This document shows, piece by piece, positions 25,579 to 38,711 of a DNA stretch of 64,000 nucleotides. The translations under genes were made by a program, and so were the position numbers. Where the stretch lies: positions 2,232,001 to 2,296,000 of the forward strand of contig CM102284.1 in the NCBI GenBank assembly GCA_046563655.1. The letters are read 5' to 3'. Source of the DNA: Yuukianura sp. NJ FZ-2021 (Eukaryota). Under the pieces are notes generated by a model, which worked only from the letters and a program-made list of their open reading frames with translations, was not told the origin of the DNA and made no database searches. How positions within the stretch are numbered: the stretch's first letter is position 1; each line of letters starts with the position of its first letter.

Positions 25579-26064
25579 TCAAATAAAAAGAAAACAACTC
25601 CAGATTAAATCCTGTTCGATTCAAACAAAGTGAAACAACGGCTTACTATAACTCACTTTTTCTAGAGCTTCTTTTGCTTGAATGTGGTCAAATTTCTTAG
25701 CTGAAAATTATTTTTCGTTTTAACATTCATGTAAAAAAGAAGTGACCGCTAAAGAAGGTTGAGCGTCACCTTTAAGCCATTTGATCAAATACGCATCTGA
25801 CTTCATGTATGTTGCAGTCAATTTCTCACCAACAGCTCTTCTCAACTAACGACAAGTTATTATACAAATCACTTTAATAATTCAATTATACAGAGTGATA
25901 CAAATTTGTGATACGACAACTTTAAACCAAAGTTGAAAAAAAAACCAAGACAGGTTGATAACCTTATCGATATCTGCTTTCTCCCTTGCTGTAAACACTG
26001 GAGGTGTACATTCAGACACAATTACACCAAGGCAAAGAGTAAGGAAAAGAATTAGGTTTAACAT
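25579..26064 (-). pseudogene. 3'-truncated secreted SEC14/CRAL-TRIO-like gene fragment (4 exons, ~85 aa)
   Basis: Spliced product MLNLILFLTLCLGVIVSECTPPVFTAREKADIDK|LRRAVGEKLTATYMKSDAYLIKWLK|AKKFDHIQAKEALEK|DLIWSCFLFI* matches CRAL_TRIO_N, then stops with no CRAL-TRIO domain. Confidence 0.7.
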
Positions 26065-27187
26065 TTTAATTAAAAAATCTCAAAAATGTATCTTCGAATT
26101 GGTAAGAAAATTTGTGATTGCTTTATAATAAATGTAATAATCTTTAAGTCAAAACGAGGTTCACAAAGGCAGCGAGCCAATTGTTTACCTTCCAAGAATT
26201 AAAATGGCATAAGATGAAAACCTGTTGGGTCTTCAACTGTTTCTTAATAAATACAAATTGTTATTTTCTGTTGATCCACAAACACAAGCTTATGAAACTT
26301 AAATTCATTGTCAACAGAATTTACCATTGATTGAACCGGTTTCTTTAAAAAATAAATTTCTATCATATTTAAATTCTTTGCTCTCCTTGAAGTTGTAGAT
26401 TCTTTGGTGCGTTCTTGGAAAAGTAATTCATAACTTAAATACTAAGACTAATTACAACCGAGTGAATGGAAGTTTAATTCATTTCAGTCCTAAACTGGAA
26501 AATCAAGAACTTCCAATTCAAAGTATGCTATTAGAACTCGAATCTCAAATTTTAAGAATCCTCAATTCCTGACAGCGGGATCTCTGTCTCGAAAAAGCAA
26601 TGTTGAGATTTTGATGCATTTTTGTAGCAGTAAAGTAAGTTGAAACTTTTAGTGCGAAAGAAAAGCTTAGTTTCACTTTTCCATCTAATTTTGCATACTT
26701 AGTATTATCTGGTTAAATTTATCTAGCTAAAGTTGGTATAACTCTAAGCTTTTTAGTTTCTTAACTAATAACTAGATCACAGTTTTTCTCATGAACAACC
26801 TGATATTAAACAAGCATTTTTAGTAGTTCTAATTTAGTTGCTTCGTTTTCACAGCATTGTATTGATTTTTGGGTTTGCCTAATTCAACAGGTCATGCAAA
26901 GGGAAAGAAGTGTAGATGGAGTGATCATATTCACCAGGAGAAGCTCCCACCAATCACAAATCGCCTAATTTTTTTGAGGGAAAGTACGCTTTCTTTTGCT
27001 TTCACTCCGCTCTGAGACAGAGGTGGTGGTGCATCATGCTACACATCGAGCGAACAAATAAGCTGACTATTTCAAATCTTATTCTTTCAAAATTCGGAAA
27101 GAATCTAGAAAAGAAATTGTTCAAACTTATTGAGCAAGCAATCTAAAATCATACGAGTTTAAAGTAAAGTATTCCATAATACGAAGA

Positions 27188-28724
27188 ATGGTGTTCGCAA
27201 TAACCTTGTCTTCATTTTGTGACTGGTTTTGGACTCCTTCTTTCTGGATTCCAATGGGCCTAACATGGAGTGATGTAAAGTCAACGGAAAAATTCAAATT
27301 TGCAAATTTTGAAGATTTGTTGTACCCAATTCCAATGGCTCTGCTCCTCCTAGCTCTGCGGTACTTGGTTGAAAAGTGAGCTTCCAAATTTAAAAAAAAA
27401 GAGAATTTAGTAAAACAAAACTGAAACCAAAAATGGAATTTTTTTATTCTAGAAATTTTCTGTGTCCTCTCGGAGAAAAATTGGGTCTCGGCGTTGTTCG
27501 GAAACCAAGTATCAAGCCGAACCCTGTTTTAGAAAAAGTTTACTCAAGGGCCCACGGCATGCCAGAAAGTGACTTTAACGAATTGGCCAAAAAAAACTGA
27601 CATGAATGTCAGCGCAGTCAGAAGATGGATGCGCAGGCGTCGTACGAAGAATAAGCTCAGTGCCAATGCCAAATTTGCCGAATCTGGGTAAAAAATTAAA
27701 CAAACCAAACTTCATATTTGAAAACATTAAAAATGGCTTTCAGTACTGCAAATAATTTCGTCATTTATACAAAAGTAGACATATTTATTTTTTTTTCATA
27801 ATTTTTCAAACAGTTGGCGCCTCCTGTGTTACAGTGCCTACCTCTCTTTAGGAATTTATGTCTTATGGGGTCAGCCGTGGCTGCTCAACATGGATCACTG
27901 CTGGATCGGTTTTCCTCATGTGCTTACTTTAATCATTTTTTTTAAATCTGCATTAGTTCTAGTTCAAAAATTTGGATTTGATTTTCATTTTTTATGAAAT
28001 TCCAGGAACTGTCGCCAGAGATTTGGTGGTTCTATATGCTGGAGTCTTCGTTCTACTGGTCACTCTTAATCTCGCAATTTGCAGATCACAAAAGAAAGGA
28101 CTTTTGGCAAATGTTCCTTCATCACATCATCACTCTATTTCTCCTCGCACTAAGCTGGACATGCAACTTTACCCGTATTGGAGTCATTGTCGCTGTTTTA
28201 CACGACACTGCCGATCCACTTTTGGAGGTGAAACTTCAGTTTTTCATAAGTTGAACACAAACTTGAGTGAGGATTTTCCCAACGAAATAATTTTTCTTTT
28301 AGTTTGTCAAGCTCTGTATGTACATCAAGGCTGACACGCTGGCCAACATTGGTTTCGTCGTTTTCATTACAATATGGGTTCTGACGCGTCTTATATTGTT
28401 TCCGTCGTGCGTCTTACACAGGTAACATTTTGATTCTATAACGTAGTAGCATTCATGATTTGTATTTGGCTTTACGCAACAAGACTTTTGGTGTATAGTA
28501 CGCTCCTGCGTGGTCACGCCTTGCTGTCAATGATCCCTGCGTACTACGTATTCAACGTACTTTTGAGCATTGTCTTTTGTCTTAACATCTTCTGGACATA
28601 TTTCATATTGAAAATGGCTCTCAACGCAATGTGGCAAGGGAACGTAAAGAAAGACGCAAGAAGCTCAACAGAAGACTCATCCGACTCATCGCAAAACACA
28701 GTACGACGCAAATCTGAATCATAA
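27188..28724 (+). CDS. Ceramide synthase (Hox-like + TLC/Lag1p domain, schlank/CerS5-6-like); apparent +1 frameshift in exon 2
   Basis: FWxPxGLTWSD N-terminus; Lag1p motif RKDFWQMFLHH..LHDTADPLLE; C-terminus KDARSSTEDS. The A8 run at 27589-27596 gives TGA at 27598. Confidence 0.88.
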
Positions 28725-30224
28725 TCTATAAAGTCACGTGATGAATGTCGGCAACGCCTTTTTGTTATGAGTTTTGTAAATAAATTGAGTCTGGGTTTTG
28801 AAATTTTGAAAATCGAAGACAGAGTTCTACTAATTTTGAAAAAGCTTCAGAAGTGGAAAATTATTCATTTGCATCCGGCTTTGCCCAGGTCGATTTTAAT
28901 ATTTGAACATGTTTGAACACGAAACTATTCTTGTACAGGATGATTCCAGTTGCTTACCGGTCGTTGTGGCTGAAGTGTAGAATAAGTTTGGAATATATTA
29001 ACTTATACAAATGAGTTTCAATATTTTGATGGCAATTTTTAAATATTTTAAGGACTTGCATTTTATGACATTTAAAAATTCGTTTTTTTAAAGATATAAA
29101 TTAACAAAGAAAACTTTCGGAAATCTTTTATTGTATACTGTGAATCATACTGTAGTTTCAGTGCTCGGCTTCCGTCTGGTTGTTCTAAATTAAAGTGCAA
29201 CTGTCACGCAAGAGATTTGTGGTGATAGGAAGTTTCCACAGTATTTTTAATAGCACTTTTAGGATCCTCTTGCATGTTGCATGATAAGTGGGCTTGGAAA
29301 AACTGAAAATTCAAATGGATAGACATAAGCGACACAGAAAGGAAAAGGAGGAATAAAGTTTCGAATGTTAGAGAAAACTTGATGGACTTTGAATAATTTC
29401 ATTCGCTAGTATTATTTCCTACCTTGCAATTGAGTGTCAAAATCAATAATAAATAATATAAAACAAAATTATAAAAGAAAAGTGGCATCAGGTTTATTAT
29501 AACCCGTTTATTTTCCAATGAGGAGAACATTTACGGTTTGATCAAAAATTGCATTCACGATTTTAAAAGTGAGACAACGACCAACCGCATAGCATGAGCA
29601 TATGTAGAATTTGTAGGGTCTGAGGGAGGCGATTAGATTTTTCTCGTGATTTTTTCTTATGATTTTTCTGCGTACACAAGAACTCTTTCAATAAATATTA
29701 CTTTCAACTCAACTCAAAATTTTTGCCTGAGACTATCCATTTTCCAATTTGTTTGTCTCGTACTACAAAAAAGGTATGTGGATGGTAGCTATTTTTGTAA
29801 ACCGAAACCAAAGTCCATTTTGTCTTTGAAAAGCTTGGAGCAGAAATGGAACAAAAAATTTATCATTATATTATACCTTCTACTGCGGGGAAAAGTTAAG
29901 CTTCTGTACGAACATGGAACTTTCACATTTGATACATTGAAGACCAATTTGGAAACTGCCAAGGGAGCTTGTGGGATTTTTGCAACCAGTTCTAAATCGT
30001 TATTTCAAGAACGCTATATGCAAACAAACGTCAGCTGCTAAGGTATTCTTTATTCGCTTTCTCATTTTTATTCTACGATCAGGATCACAACTTAGAATAA
30101 AAAGAAAACTTTAAAAGAAAACCTAACCTAAACGAAAAACAGAAGTAAGGTTTATTGTAATTTTAATTTTTTTTAGAGAAACTACTATAGAGTGACATCT
30201 CAAAGCCAAATTGGCACAGGTCAC

Positions 30225-31268
30225 ATGGAAACAAAAACGGATGTCGTCAAATGCATGCAATGCGGGAAAAGCGTCAAGGGAGCAAACCTTCCCAAACACA
30301 TAAAGCGTCATTCCAACATACGACCATTTGAATGTACAACGTGCTCCAAAACGTTTTACACGAAGAGAGATCTCACGCTGCACTTGCGTACACATACTGG
30401 CGAAAAGCCATTCGTCTGCTCCAAATGCGGAAAAGCCTTCACACAAAAGCGCCAACTATTGGCTCACAATCGTGAGCACACACAAGAATTCCTTCCTTGC
30501 AGCAATTATCCAATGCTATTCAAAACAAAACAAACTCTCAAGTTTCATTTGATAACACATACAGGAGTAAGTGACTTCATGTGCAATTTCTGTCAATACG
30601 CTGCAACAAGTGCTTTGACACTTGAACGTCATTTGATCAAACATACAATGGAAAGGGCTTTCCAGTGCGACAAATGTCCAAAACGGTTTGGACACAAATC
30701 AGGCCTTACATCTCACAGAAAACGACATTCGAGTGCAAATAAACACGAGTGCGGATTCTGCGACTACCAAGCTCACAACAGACGTGTAATTTTTTGTTGT
30801 TTTGTTTTAATTTTAAATTAAAAATCATGATTTTGTAATTACTAATTTAATTATGTCTAGGAAATGGATGAGCACATTAGGCGACATGTTGGTGAGAAGG
30901 TATTTCAATGTCCACGCTGCCCTTATGCCACTGTAAGCAACAGCGAGCTAAATCGTCATTTAAGAAAACACGACTTCGGGAGAAAGATGTTTGACTGTGA
31001 CATCTGTCTCAAACGATTATCTTCTAAGCATAGTCTTGTGCATCACAAACGAATCCACAGTGGACAAAAAGAGCAATGTCAATATTGCCAAAAGCGTTAT
31101 ACAAATTCGTATGATCTGAAGAAACATGTGAAAAAGCAACACCCAACGGGTACTACGGCGGAAATTCACGACTTTAATTGCGCCCGTCCAAAGACATGCG
31201 CTGAAACGGGCGTTGAAACCCGGGAACTCCGAATTTACCTAAGACGAATTGATGAGTTAATCTCATAA
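30225..31268 (+). CDS. Tandem C2H2 zinc-finger protein (2 coding exons)
   Basis: Repeated CxxC..HxxxH fingers with HTGEKPF-like linkers; intron 30787-30860. One finger is degenerate (CSNY). Confidence 0.85.
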
Positions 31269-31615
31269 TAGGTCAAACACGTTGTCCTTTTTCAAGTTGC
31301 ATAATTTTACATAGCTTTAGCTACCTGAAAACTATATGACTTGTCGGAAAATGTACATTTGTTGCCATAATATAACTGTATACTTTATATTTTCAGAAAT
31401 TGATGTATTCTATGTAATTGGCATAGGTTAAGGTTATGGTACCTAAAAACAGTGCAATTGATCAATTTACATAACAAAGAGCTGAATGAGCCGAAAAATT
31501 TTTGTCACGTGTGCTAATTTTTTAGTTGAATCGTGTTGGATTTTGTCTAGCCAAAAATCCTGTTGAAAACAATGCTGAAATATTTTAAAGTTTTCAAATC
31601 TGTAGCACTGAGAGT

Positions 31616-32881
31616 TTAAACTTTTAAGAGGGTCAATTTCTCGTCGATGTCATCCACTATTTTTGCAATATTTGCTTCCGTGGCCGTCTGTTCAAAAACA
31701 TAAGCTAAAACAGAATTCTGAACTATTGAAAAAAAATTCAAAAATCTTACAAAGCTTACGTTTGGATAGTTGAGAGCTATAATGTACATTGTACAAGCTC
31801 TGAAGTTGACCTTTGCATTGGCATAGTCTCCAGCGTCATAGTAAAAGAATGCCTGCTCGCGCATGCTCCTGAGGTGCACCAGTCTCTATATATACATTAT
31901 TTTTCAAATTTCCAAAAATATTGTTTAATTTTGCTGATTTAATTTGCAAGAAATAAATTGCAACGTTTTTTCTTCAAACTATTTTGTGATATTTGTCACG
32001 TACGGTCCTGAACATATCAATTGTAAGACAAGGCGCCAGTTTATAAGCAAATTTGAGGCAGCGAATGGACCCGTCTATGTCATCCTCATCAAATAGTGCA
32101 AGACCACGCGTGAACGCAGACACAACGCAGGCGTCACGAATCGCTTCTGCGTCACTTCGAGCCTCCGGCTCCAAGTTCCATAACGCCTCTGCTCGAAGTA
32201 TTGACAATTCCAAGTTCCCTTCTGACAGAGTGAGCCCCTGTGTTGCTAATTTTAGCAACTTTAAAAAAAACTCATTTTTAATTTTCTAACATTTTGTTTT
32301 GATTTTTTTTTTACCTTCTTGTACTGCTGCCACTCTTGAAGAACATTACACTGCGCAAGAATTTTTTTGATAATATTGAGTCGCAATTCTTGCATTCGAA
32401 CTTGCTCCATCTCCCGGTGACTGATTGCAGATGACGATTTGGCACTGTTTATCATTTCTTCTGCTCCAGGAATATTGACATACTTGATATGGGTTCGAAT
32501 CAACGTGGCAACATTCTTTGTTTTTTTAAAAAATACCTTAACCTCAAAAACTCAATTCCACTTTTTTAATTGATAAATTTGCTTACCTGTTCTGAATTGA
32601 AACATTTTTTCTCAACTTTCTGTTCTCGAAGTTCAGCAACAAAATTCCGAAGTTCCGTTTCCAGACGTGTTACATACGGAGCCTCTTCAATCAAATGACT
32701 ACCTTTAGACAATTTCTCCCAGTAACAGTACTGTTAATATAAAATTGTTATTAGTTAAGTCACCGATGCTACCGTAATATTAGGCTACAAATTACAAAAC
32801 AAAACAGTTTTTTACTCGATTATAGGTGTAAGGAGGCATGATGAAAGGCTCTTGGATTTCAACAAGTTGCAACTCCTGCAT
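31616..32881 (-). CDS. Uncharacterized alpha-helical TPR-like protein (~6 exons)
   Basis: Exons join in frame via GT-AG introns. TPR-like segments AFTRGLALFDEDDIDGSIRCLKFAYKLAP and QAFFYYDAGDYANAKVNF. Confidence 0.5.
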
Positions 32882-33506
32882 AATTAATTTCAGAATTTAA
32901 ATTCTTGTGAAATTTTGATTTTAAAAACGCAAAGTTGGACGCTATTTGTAACTCAACTCTTGTTTTTACTGTACGAAATGCAAAATGAAAATGAAAAAAT
33001 AATTGGCCGATTGTTTAGTTTTTAATAAAAATAACATTTGGAAAGAACATGATTTCCAATGAAAAACCAATTAAAGTTTTCTACGGAATTTGATTAAAAT
33101 CGCCGGGTGACAGGCGCGAAGACTCGGTTTAAACAATATCAGTCGAAGGAGAGCATTTGTTTATTCCTTGATTTTAGTATTAGTCGTAAAGTTCTATTTC
33201 GATACAAAACTTCTAAATAACACAAAATTTTTAACTTGTGCTAAGAATTTATATCAATAGGTATAGTTAATTGTTAAGTTAATTCGTTAACTCTACAAAT
33301 TTAATTTCATTTATTTTAATGAAAAACTGTGGGAGAGAGAGGGATCGTAGCATTGTGCTGTATGGCGCTGCAGAATATTCAATATTCTCTTTTCTGCAAA
33401 TATAAAAACACTAGTTTATTTTTCCAGCATTTGTCCGTAATTAGTATTTCTTAAAAAAATCACAACTACAAAAGTTATTTCCTTGCAATTTATAATTTAA
33501 TCCTTT

Positions 33507-33831
33507 TTAAAATTGATGAAGTTTCCGGTTTCTTCTGCTGAACTCATGGAGCACTGCAAACCTCCGCACAATACGCTCAACAGGATTTAAAGTAGATAGA
33601 GCTTCTTGTGAACCCTCATCTTCCATTTTCAGGCTCTTTGCCACTTATGAAAAAGCAATTTAAATTTCTTTTTTAAAATTGAAACAACGCAGTTAAATGT
33701 AAACTTCAAATCAATTTGTATTTTTTTTTACATCGATTTCGTCCTCCCCCGTCTGCTCCCATCATGCGCCTCCTTGCCTCAACGCCAAAAATACAACAGA
33801 CAACGAGCACTGTCAAAATAATTGTTTTCAT
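33507..33831 (-). CDS. 78-aa secreted peptide precursor (2 exons), absent from the ORF track
   Basis: MKTIILTVLVVCCIFGVEARRRMMGADGGGRNR|LAKSLKMEDEGSQEALSTLNPVERIVRRFAVLHEFSRRNRKLHQF*. GT-AG intron 33731-33644; TATAAA upstream (~33968); AATAAA downstream (~33420). Confidence 0.6.
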
Positions 33832-34632
33832 TTTATGAAAAAGAAAGTTTCGTTTACAAAATGTTTCCGTGGTTTTACAGTTTCTTTGTGTTTAAATTGT
33901 AGCGTTGTCTTAACTGTTTAAAAATTTTGACTAAAGTTTGCGTCGGGGGCGGGGGAGTGGCATTTATATCCAAAGAAATTGATAATCCTAGCCATGTGAT
34001 ACTAATTGCTTAAAAGGAAAGCGGAAAACGTTGTGGCGATTTCGAAATCCAAATTTTACAATTTTTTACGTACGATTTTGTAAATTAGCTTGTTGCGTGC
34101 AGGTTACGAAATAAAATTTTCCTCGTCATTACTCAGTTCTTACTTTTTGAAAGGATTCCAAAAATTTTAAAGTTTTTCCAAATTGAATGTGCTAAAACAA
34201 GCGATCCATTACGTCCATTATGCAACTTCCATTCCGTCGACATGCAACGGAATCTTTAGTACAGATAAAATTATTCCTACTAAAGCAATTCCTCTACTAA
34301 TGAATCCTTTAGCAACATCCTCTTTAGCAACAGAATCTTTGAACCCTTAAATCTAAAACGATTTTGAGAATCGAACGCGGATCAAAGTATTTTAGAAAAA
34401 AAAAATTTAGAAAAAATTTTCCAAAAACTTTGTAATAGTAACATGTAACATGTGAAATAGTAACATGTAAGAGCTACTTTCACGAGTGGAAACGCAATAA
34501 AGAGTTTAGAATAAGTTAGCTAAAAGAAATGTAGCAAGAAAGTATTTTGTCCGCAATTTTTACTTAATGCTGTCAATTCAAATATAATAATGTCTGTTAA
34601 TTTCTTTAATTGAAATTTAGGATGTACTGGGC

Positions 34633-37306
34633 TTATTGTGGCTTGACAGCAGTAAACAATCCCCAGCTCTGGTCACCTTGTGTACATCGCTTAACCTTTG
34701 CCTCCCAACCTCTCTGCAAATAGTCGTAGTCATCAGTTTTGAACTCTTTGAGAAACAGACTCCTGGCGTTTCGAAATCTCTCCAATTCAATATGCAGAAT
34801 GTCAATAAATTCTTCGGTTCGATCATCTGCAACAACATCAGTGAATCCAACCTGAATCAAGCGACAAATTATTTTCAAAGTTTCGTCATTTAAAGAATTG
34901 CAGTTTATTTTGACAGGTTGTATCTAGCATTTCGTACCTCTTCTAGCAGTCTCCCATAAGCTGGGACTGACAGCAGATGATAACCACGCTGAAGGACGTA
35001 GTTGACAAAGTCCTCTGAATGTTCCTCTTTGTCACCATGGCAATAGTCACTGATCATCAACTTGCCACCAGGTTTGAGCCACTCCTAATGTTGCCAAATT
35101 AAAAAAATTGAAGCAAATTGATTTTTTTTTTTTTTGAAAAATGTCAAATATGTGAAAGAAAACCAAATTGATTAAAAGTATAGTAAGTAGTGTAGGGTTG
35201 CGATTGGCCAATTTTGAAAGGCGCAGATTCTTACCAAAAATTTTTTGAAGAGTGCATGCTTGTCACCAATGTGGAGAATTGTGTCTCGACTGTAAATGAC
35301 ATCGAAGCTATTTGGTGCGAAGTTGTGTTTCGTGATGTCGCTCATTTCAAATGAAACCTGAAGTTCAAAAATATTCTCAAAAATTATTCAACAAATTTTC
35401 AAAATTTAAAAAAAAAACTGACTATTGAATTTGAAATAATAGTAAATTTTTGTCTGTAGTGACTCACCTTTCGCTTGACAGCGTCCTCCATCTCTGCTTG
35501 GTACTTGATTGCAATGGAAATCATGTTTGAAGAAAGATCAATGCCGTGGACGGTTGCTCCGTAGGTTCTCGCAATGTGAAAAGCGGATCCTCCAATGCCA
35601 CATCCTACGTCCAGAATTTTGTGTTCCGGTTTTATGTCCAGTCGTTTCACAAATTCTTGAGTAGTCGCCTGCCCTCCAGTAGACACAAATGTTTTACCAA
35701 AAATGAATTCATAGCGACGAATGCCCTCCTCAGTATACTGATTCTCATCTAGAAAAGCCTGAAATTCAACACATAACATGTAAATTTAATGTAGACAAAA
35801 AATTTTATAATATAATAAGTATAATAACCATATCTGTTTATAATATAATGTTAATAATATAATATATGTCACAATTTATGACAAAATTAATGAAAAGTGT
35901 TATTTATTAACAAATACCTGGAATGAATCGTACGAATTTGGTGTGTGCGGCATTTTTTGAAGGATGAATCCCAACTGAAACGGATTTCCGTAGTGCTAAA
36001 GAATAAAAATGAAAAGTCAGATTAAATTTCTTCCACTGTCTACTTTGTTGTTTGTGACATAACCTAAGAGCGTCTAAATCTGGACTGTCGCTTTGGTTTA
36101 AAGTTCAATGTGAGTGTCAAGTGATAAAGATTGTAGAAATTAAAAGAATTATGGCGTGATTCATTCAAAAACGAAACTGCTTTAAATGTTATCACTTTGT
36201 CTTTGTGACCTTCACCCTTGGCGTCTACTCTGCATCAGACCATTTTGAATGTCACTTACCCGGATGTACGCTTCAATTGAAATGGCACGATGACAGACGA
36301 AGGAGAACTTGGAAATGGAGTTCCAGTGATTCGGTTTTTCATAGATATTTTTCTGGAGGATGTGAAAGTACTCGAGCGGAGATCGGTAGAAAGTGGGGTT
36401 GCTTAATCTTGGTTTGTCACCTAAAATTAACATTGAAAACATCAATACCAACTCAATTCAAACATTTTCTAACCTAATGAATAACAAAAAATTGTAACAA
36501 ACCGCTTTGCCGGTAGCAAGATTCACGAACGAAAAGATGACCGTGAGGTTTGAGCCAACTGAGCATGCGCACGACGAGTTTTTCCAGTTCAGTGTTATCC
36601 AAGTACATCAACAACCAATTAGAAAATATGACGTCGTACCTAATATAAAAATAACGCTTTTTGGATAAACTAAACTTCTACACGCGATATTTTATCCTAT
36701 TCACATCATCAAATTTTATCATAACGTACGAGTTTTTTGGCAGGTCGATTTCCATGACGTCACCAGTAACATACGTTACGTTGGAGAAACCGCTGTTGGT
36801 TGCCTGGTTCATCGCAATGTAGGATTCTAAAATAGTTGAAAAGTGTTTGTGATAAAAAGCCAAATAGAGCCAATTGCTAAAACTTGCAAAGTTTAAGACA
36901 GAAATTCAATCCAAAAACAACTACTGTATTTTTGACTTAAATTCTTATTTTTTTCGTTTCTTACCCATAAAATCCACAGCAGTCACCGATGTGGCTCTCT
37001 TTGCTAATTCTGTCGTGAATCTCCTAAAAGACAAATCACAACAAAATGTAGTTTAAAACAGCGTCTGTGCAGATTCTTCGTACACATTCCGCATTACCCA
37101 ATGCCAGCACCCAGTTCAAGGACGCGTTTTCCATCAATTGCAGGACACACATTCAGAACCTGTCTTCTGTCTTCTTCTGCCAGGGCGTCGTTGGCTGCTG
37201 AGCAAAGCATCATGGACTCTTCGGTGGCTTGGAACTGTGTCCAGTACGCCCGCATCTTCTCCCGCACTCCTGGCTGCCTCTGCGCATGAGCTTCGTATGT
37301 TGTCAT
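34633..37306 (-). CDS. Two-domain phosphoethanolamine N-methyltransferase (PEAMT/PMT), ~10 exons
   Basis: MT1: [41 protein letters not shown]2: [52 protein letters not shown]. Confidence 0.93.
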
Positions 37307-38711
37307 GATGCTTGTCTGTCAAGATCCGCCAAAGAACTGAATGTTGATTTTGTCCACCTTTATATCTGCTAGGGGATGTAATCAGACTTTCTGGAAATAG
37401 AGGACGTGTTGTGAATCAGAAGATTCCTCTGACCTTTCACCCCTCATCTTTCCTCGTACCATAAAATTCCACGTCACTCAAATCCGCTCTTGTACTACCA
37501 CAGCCAAATCAATGGAAATTAGTTATACATTATTTCCTTGGATTTGTCGTAAGGGAAAATTTTGGGGGAAATTTTTTATGATGAAGAGAATTGCAACAGT
37601 TGTGGAAAAATCATGTTTAAAATCTTGTTGCACAAGCGTAATTAATTAATTATTCACAAACAATAAAACGCAAATTAATGCAAAAAGAGCAGAATGCAAG
37701 AAGAAATGTGCTTGTTAATGTTGTATTTAGCGCAAAAAAGCCATTACAGCAGCTGCTTTAAAACGTCTCGGAACACTGGTTAAGAGCTGCATTCTAAACT
37801 TTCATCGTTTTTCTAATCCATTTTTATCGGGTTGTAGCCCATTTCAAATTCGTTTTTTAAAAAGCACCTAAATGTGTCGACAGAAACGAATGTGATTCAA
37901 CGTCCTTAATTGTAACTGACGCATCGAGTTGAGCCGCATTATTCCAGCTCTTGTCTTTTTGGTTTTGTTGTACGAAATCTAGTTTAAAATTGACAGTGAC
38001 AACTATGGTTCGACATTGTGACAGTTGTTTTTAGGTTCTCTTTTTAACAACTGCCAATTTTTTCCAAACGGAGAATCGCCGTTGAAGCTGGAAGACGCAT
38101 AAGAATTGTGTACTGAATTCTTCTATCCACCCTCTGTGCGTATGACAATTTACTCCTTTTTATAAAACACAAGGGTTGAAGTAAACGAAATACTAACTAA
38201 TTGTACCCAATTTTGGTTGGTCGATCTTTTTGTTAATTAACTTTTATTCCGAAACAAAAGTATTGATGACTTTATGTTCTTGCACTTGTTCTAGTTACCA
38301 TGCTGTTGCCTAGTTACCATTCCAATGCTGCTGGATGCATTAGCAACATTTCAGCAACTTTTCCAGTTTAGCAATCGGCCGAGGATTTTCTTAGAAGCTG
38401 AATCTAAAACGTTTTCTGCAACACTAATGCGGATGCCGTACTTTCTTGGACAATAAGCAAATTCCAAGTTCGTCCTTGTATCTCGCTCATACGCTTTGCA
38501 AGAATGCTGAAACATGTAGTAATCCATCTAAAAAAATCCCATTGTAACATCCTTGAGTCCGAAATGTTTGAAATTCCATGTGCAACTTAAATTTGAGTTT
38601 TCTGTTGGTGGGCTTTCACCAGTTTAGAGTTTGGTACAAAAGAAGTCAGATTGGGCAACGCTAAGCCTAAAGCCAATTTTCAAATTTGTTAGTAAACGTT
38701 GAACGAGAAAA

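Noticed and set aside
29646-30041. 131-aa ORF upstream of the zinc-finger gene
   Set aside because: No domain features and no in-frame splice to the ZnF exon without a stop; likely UTR or non-coding.
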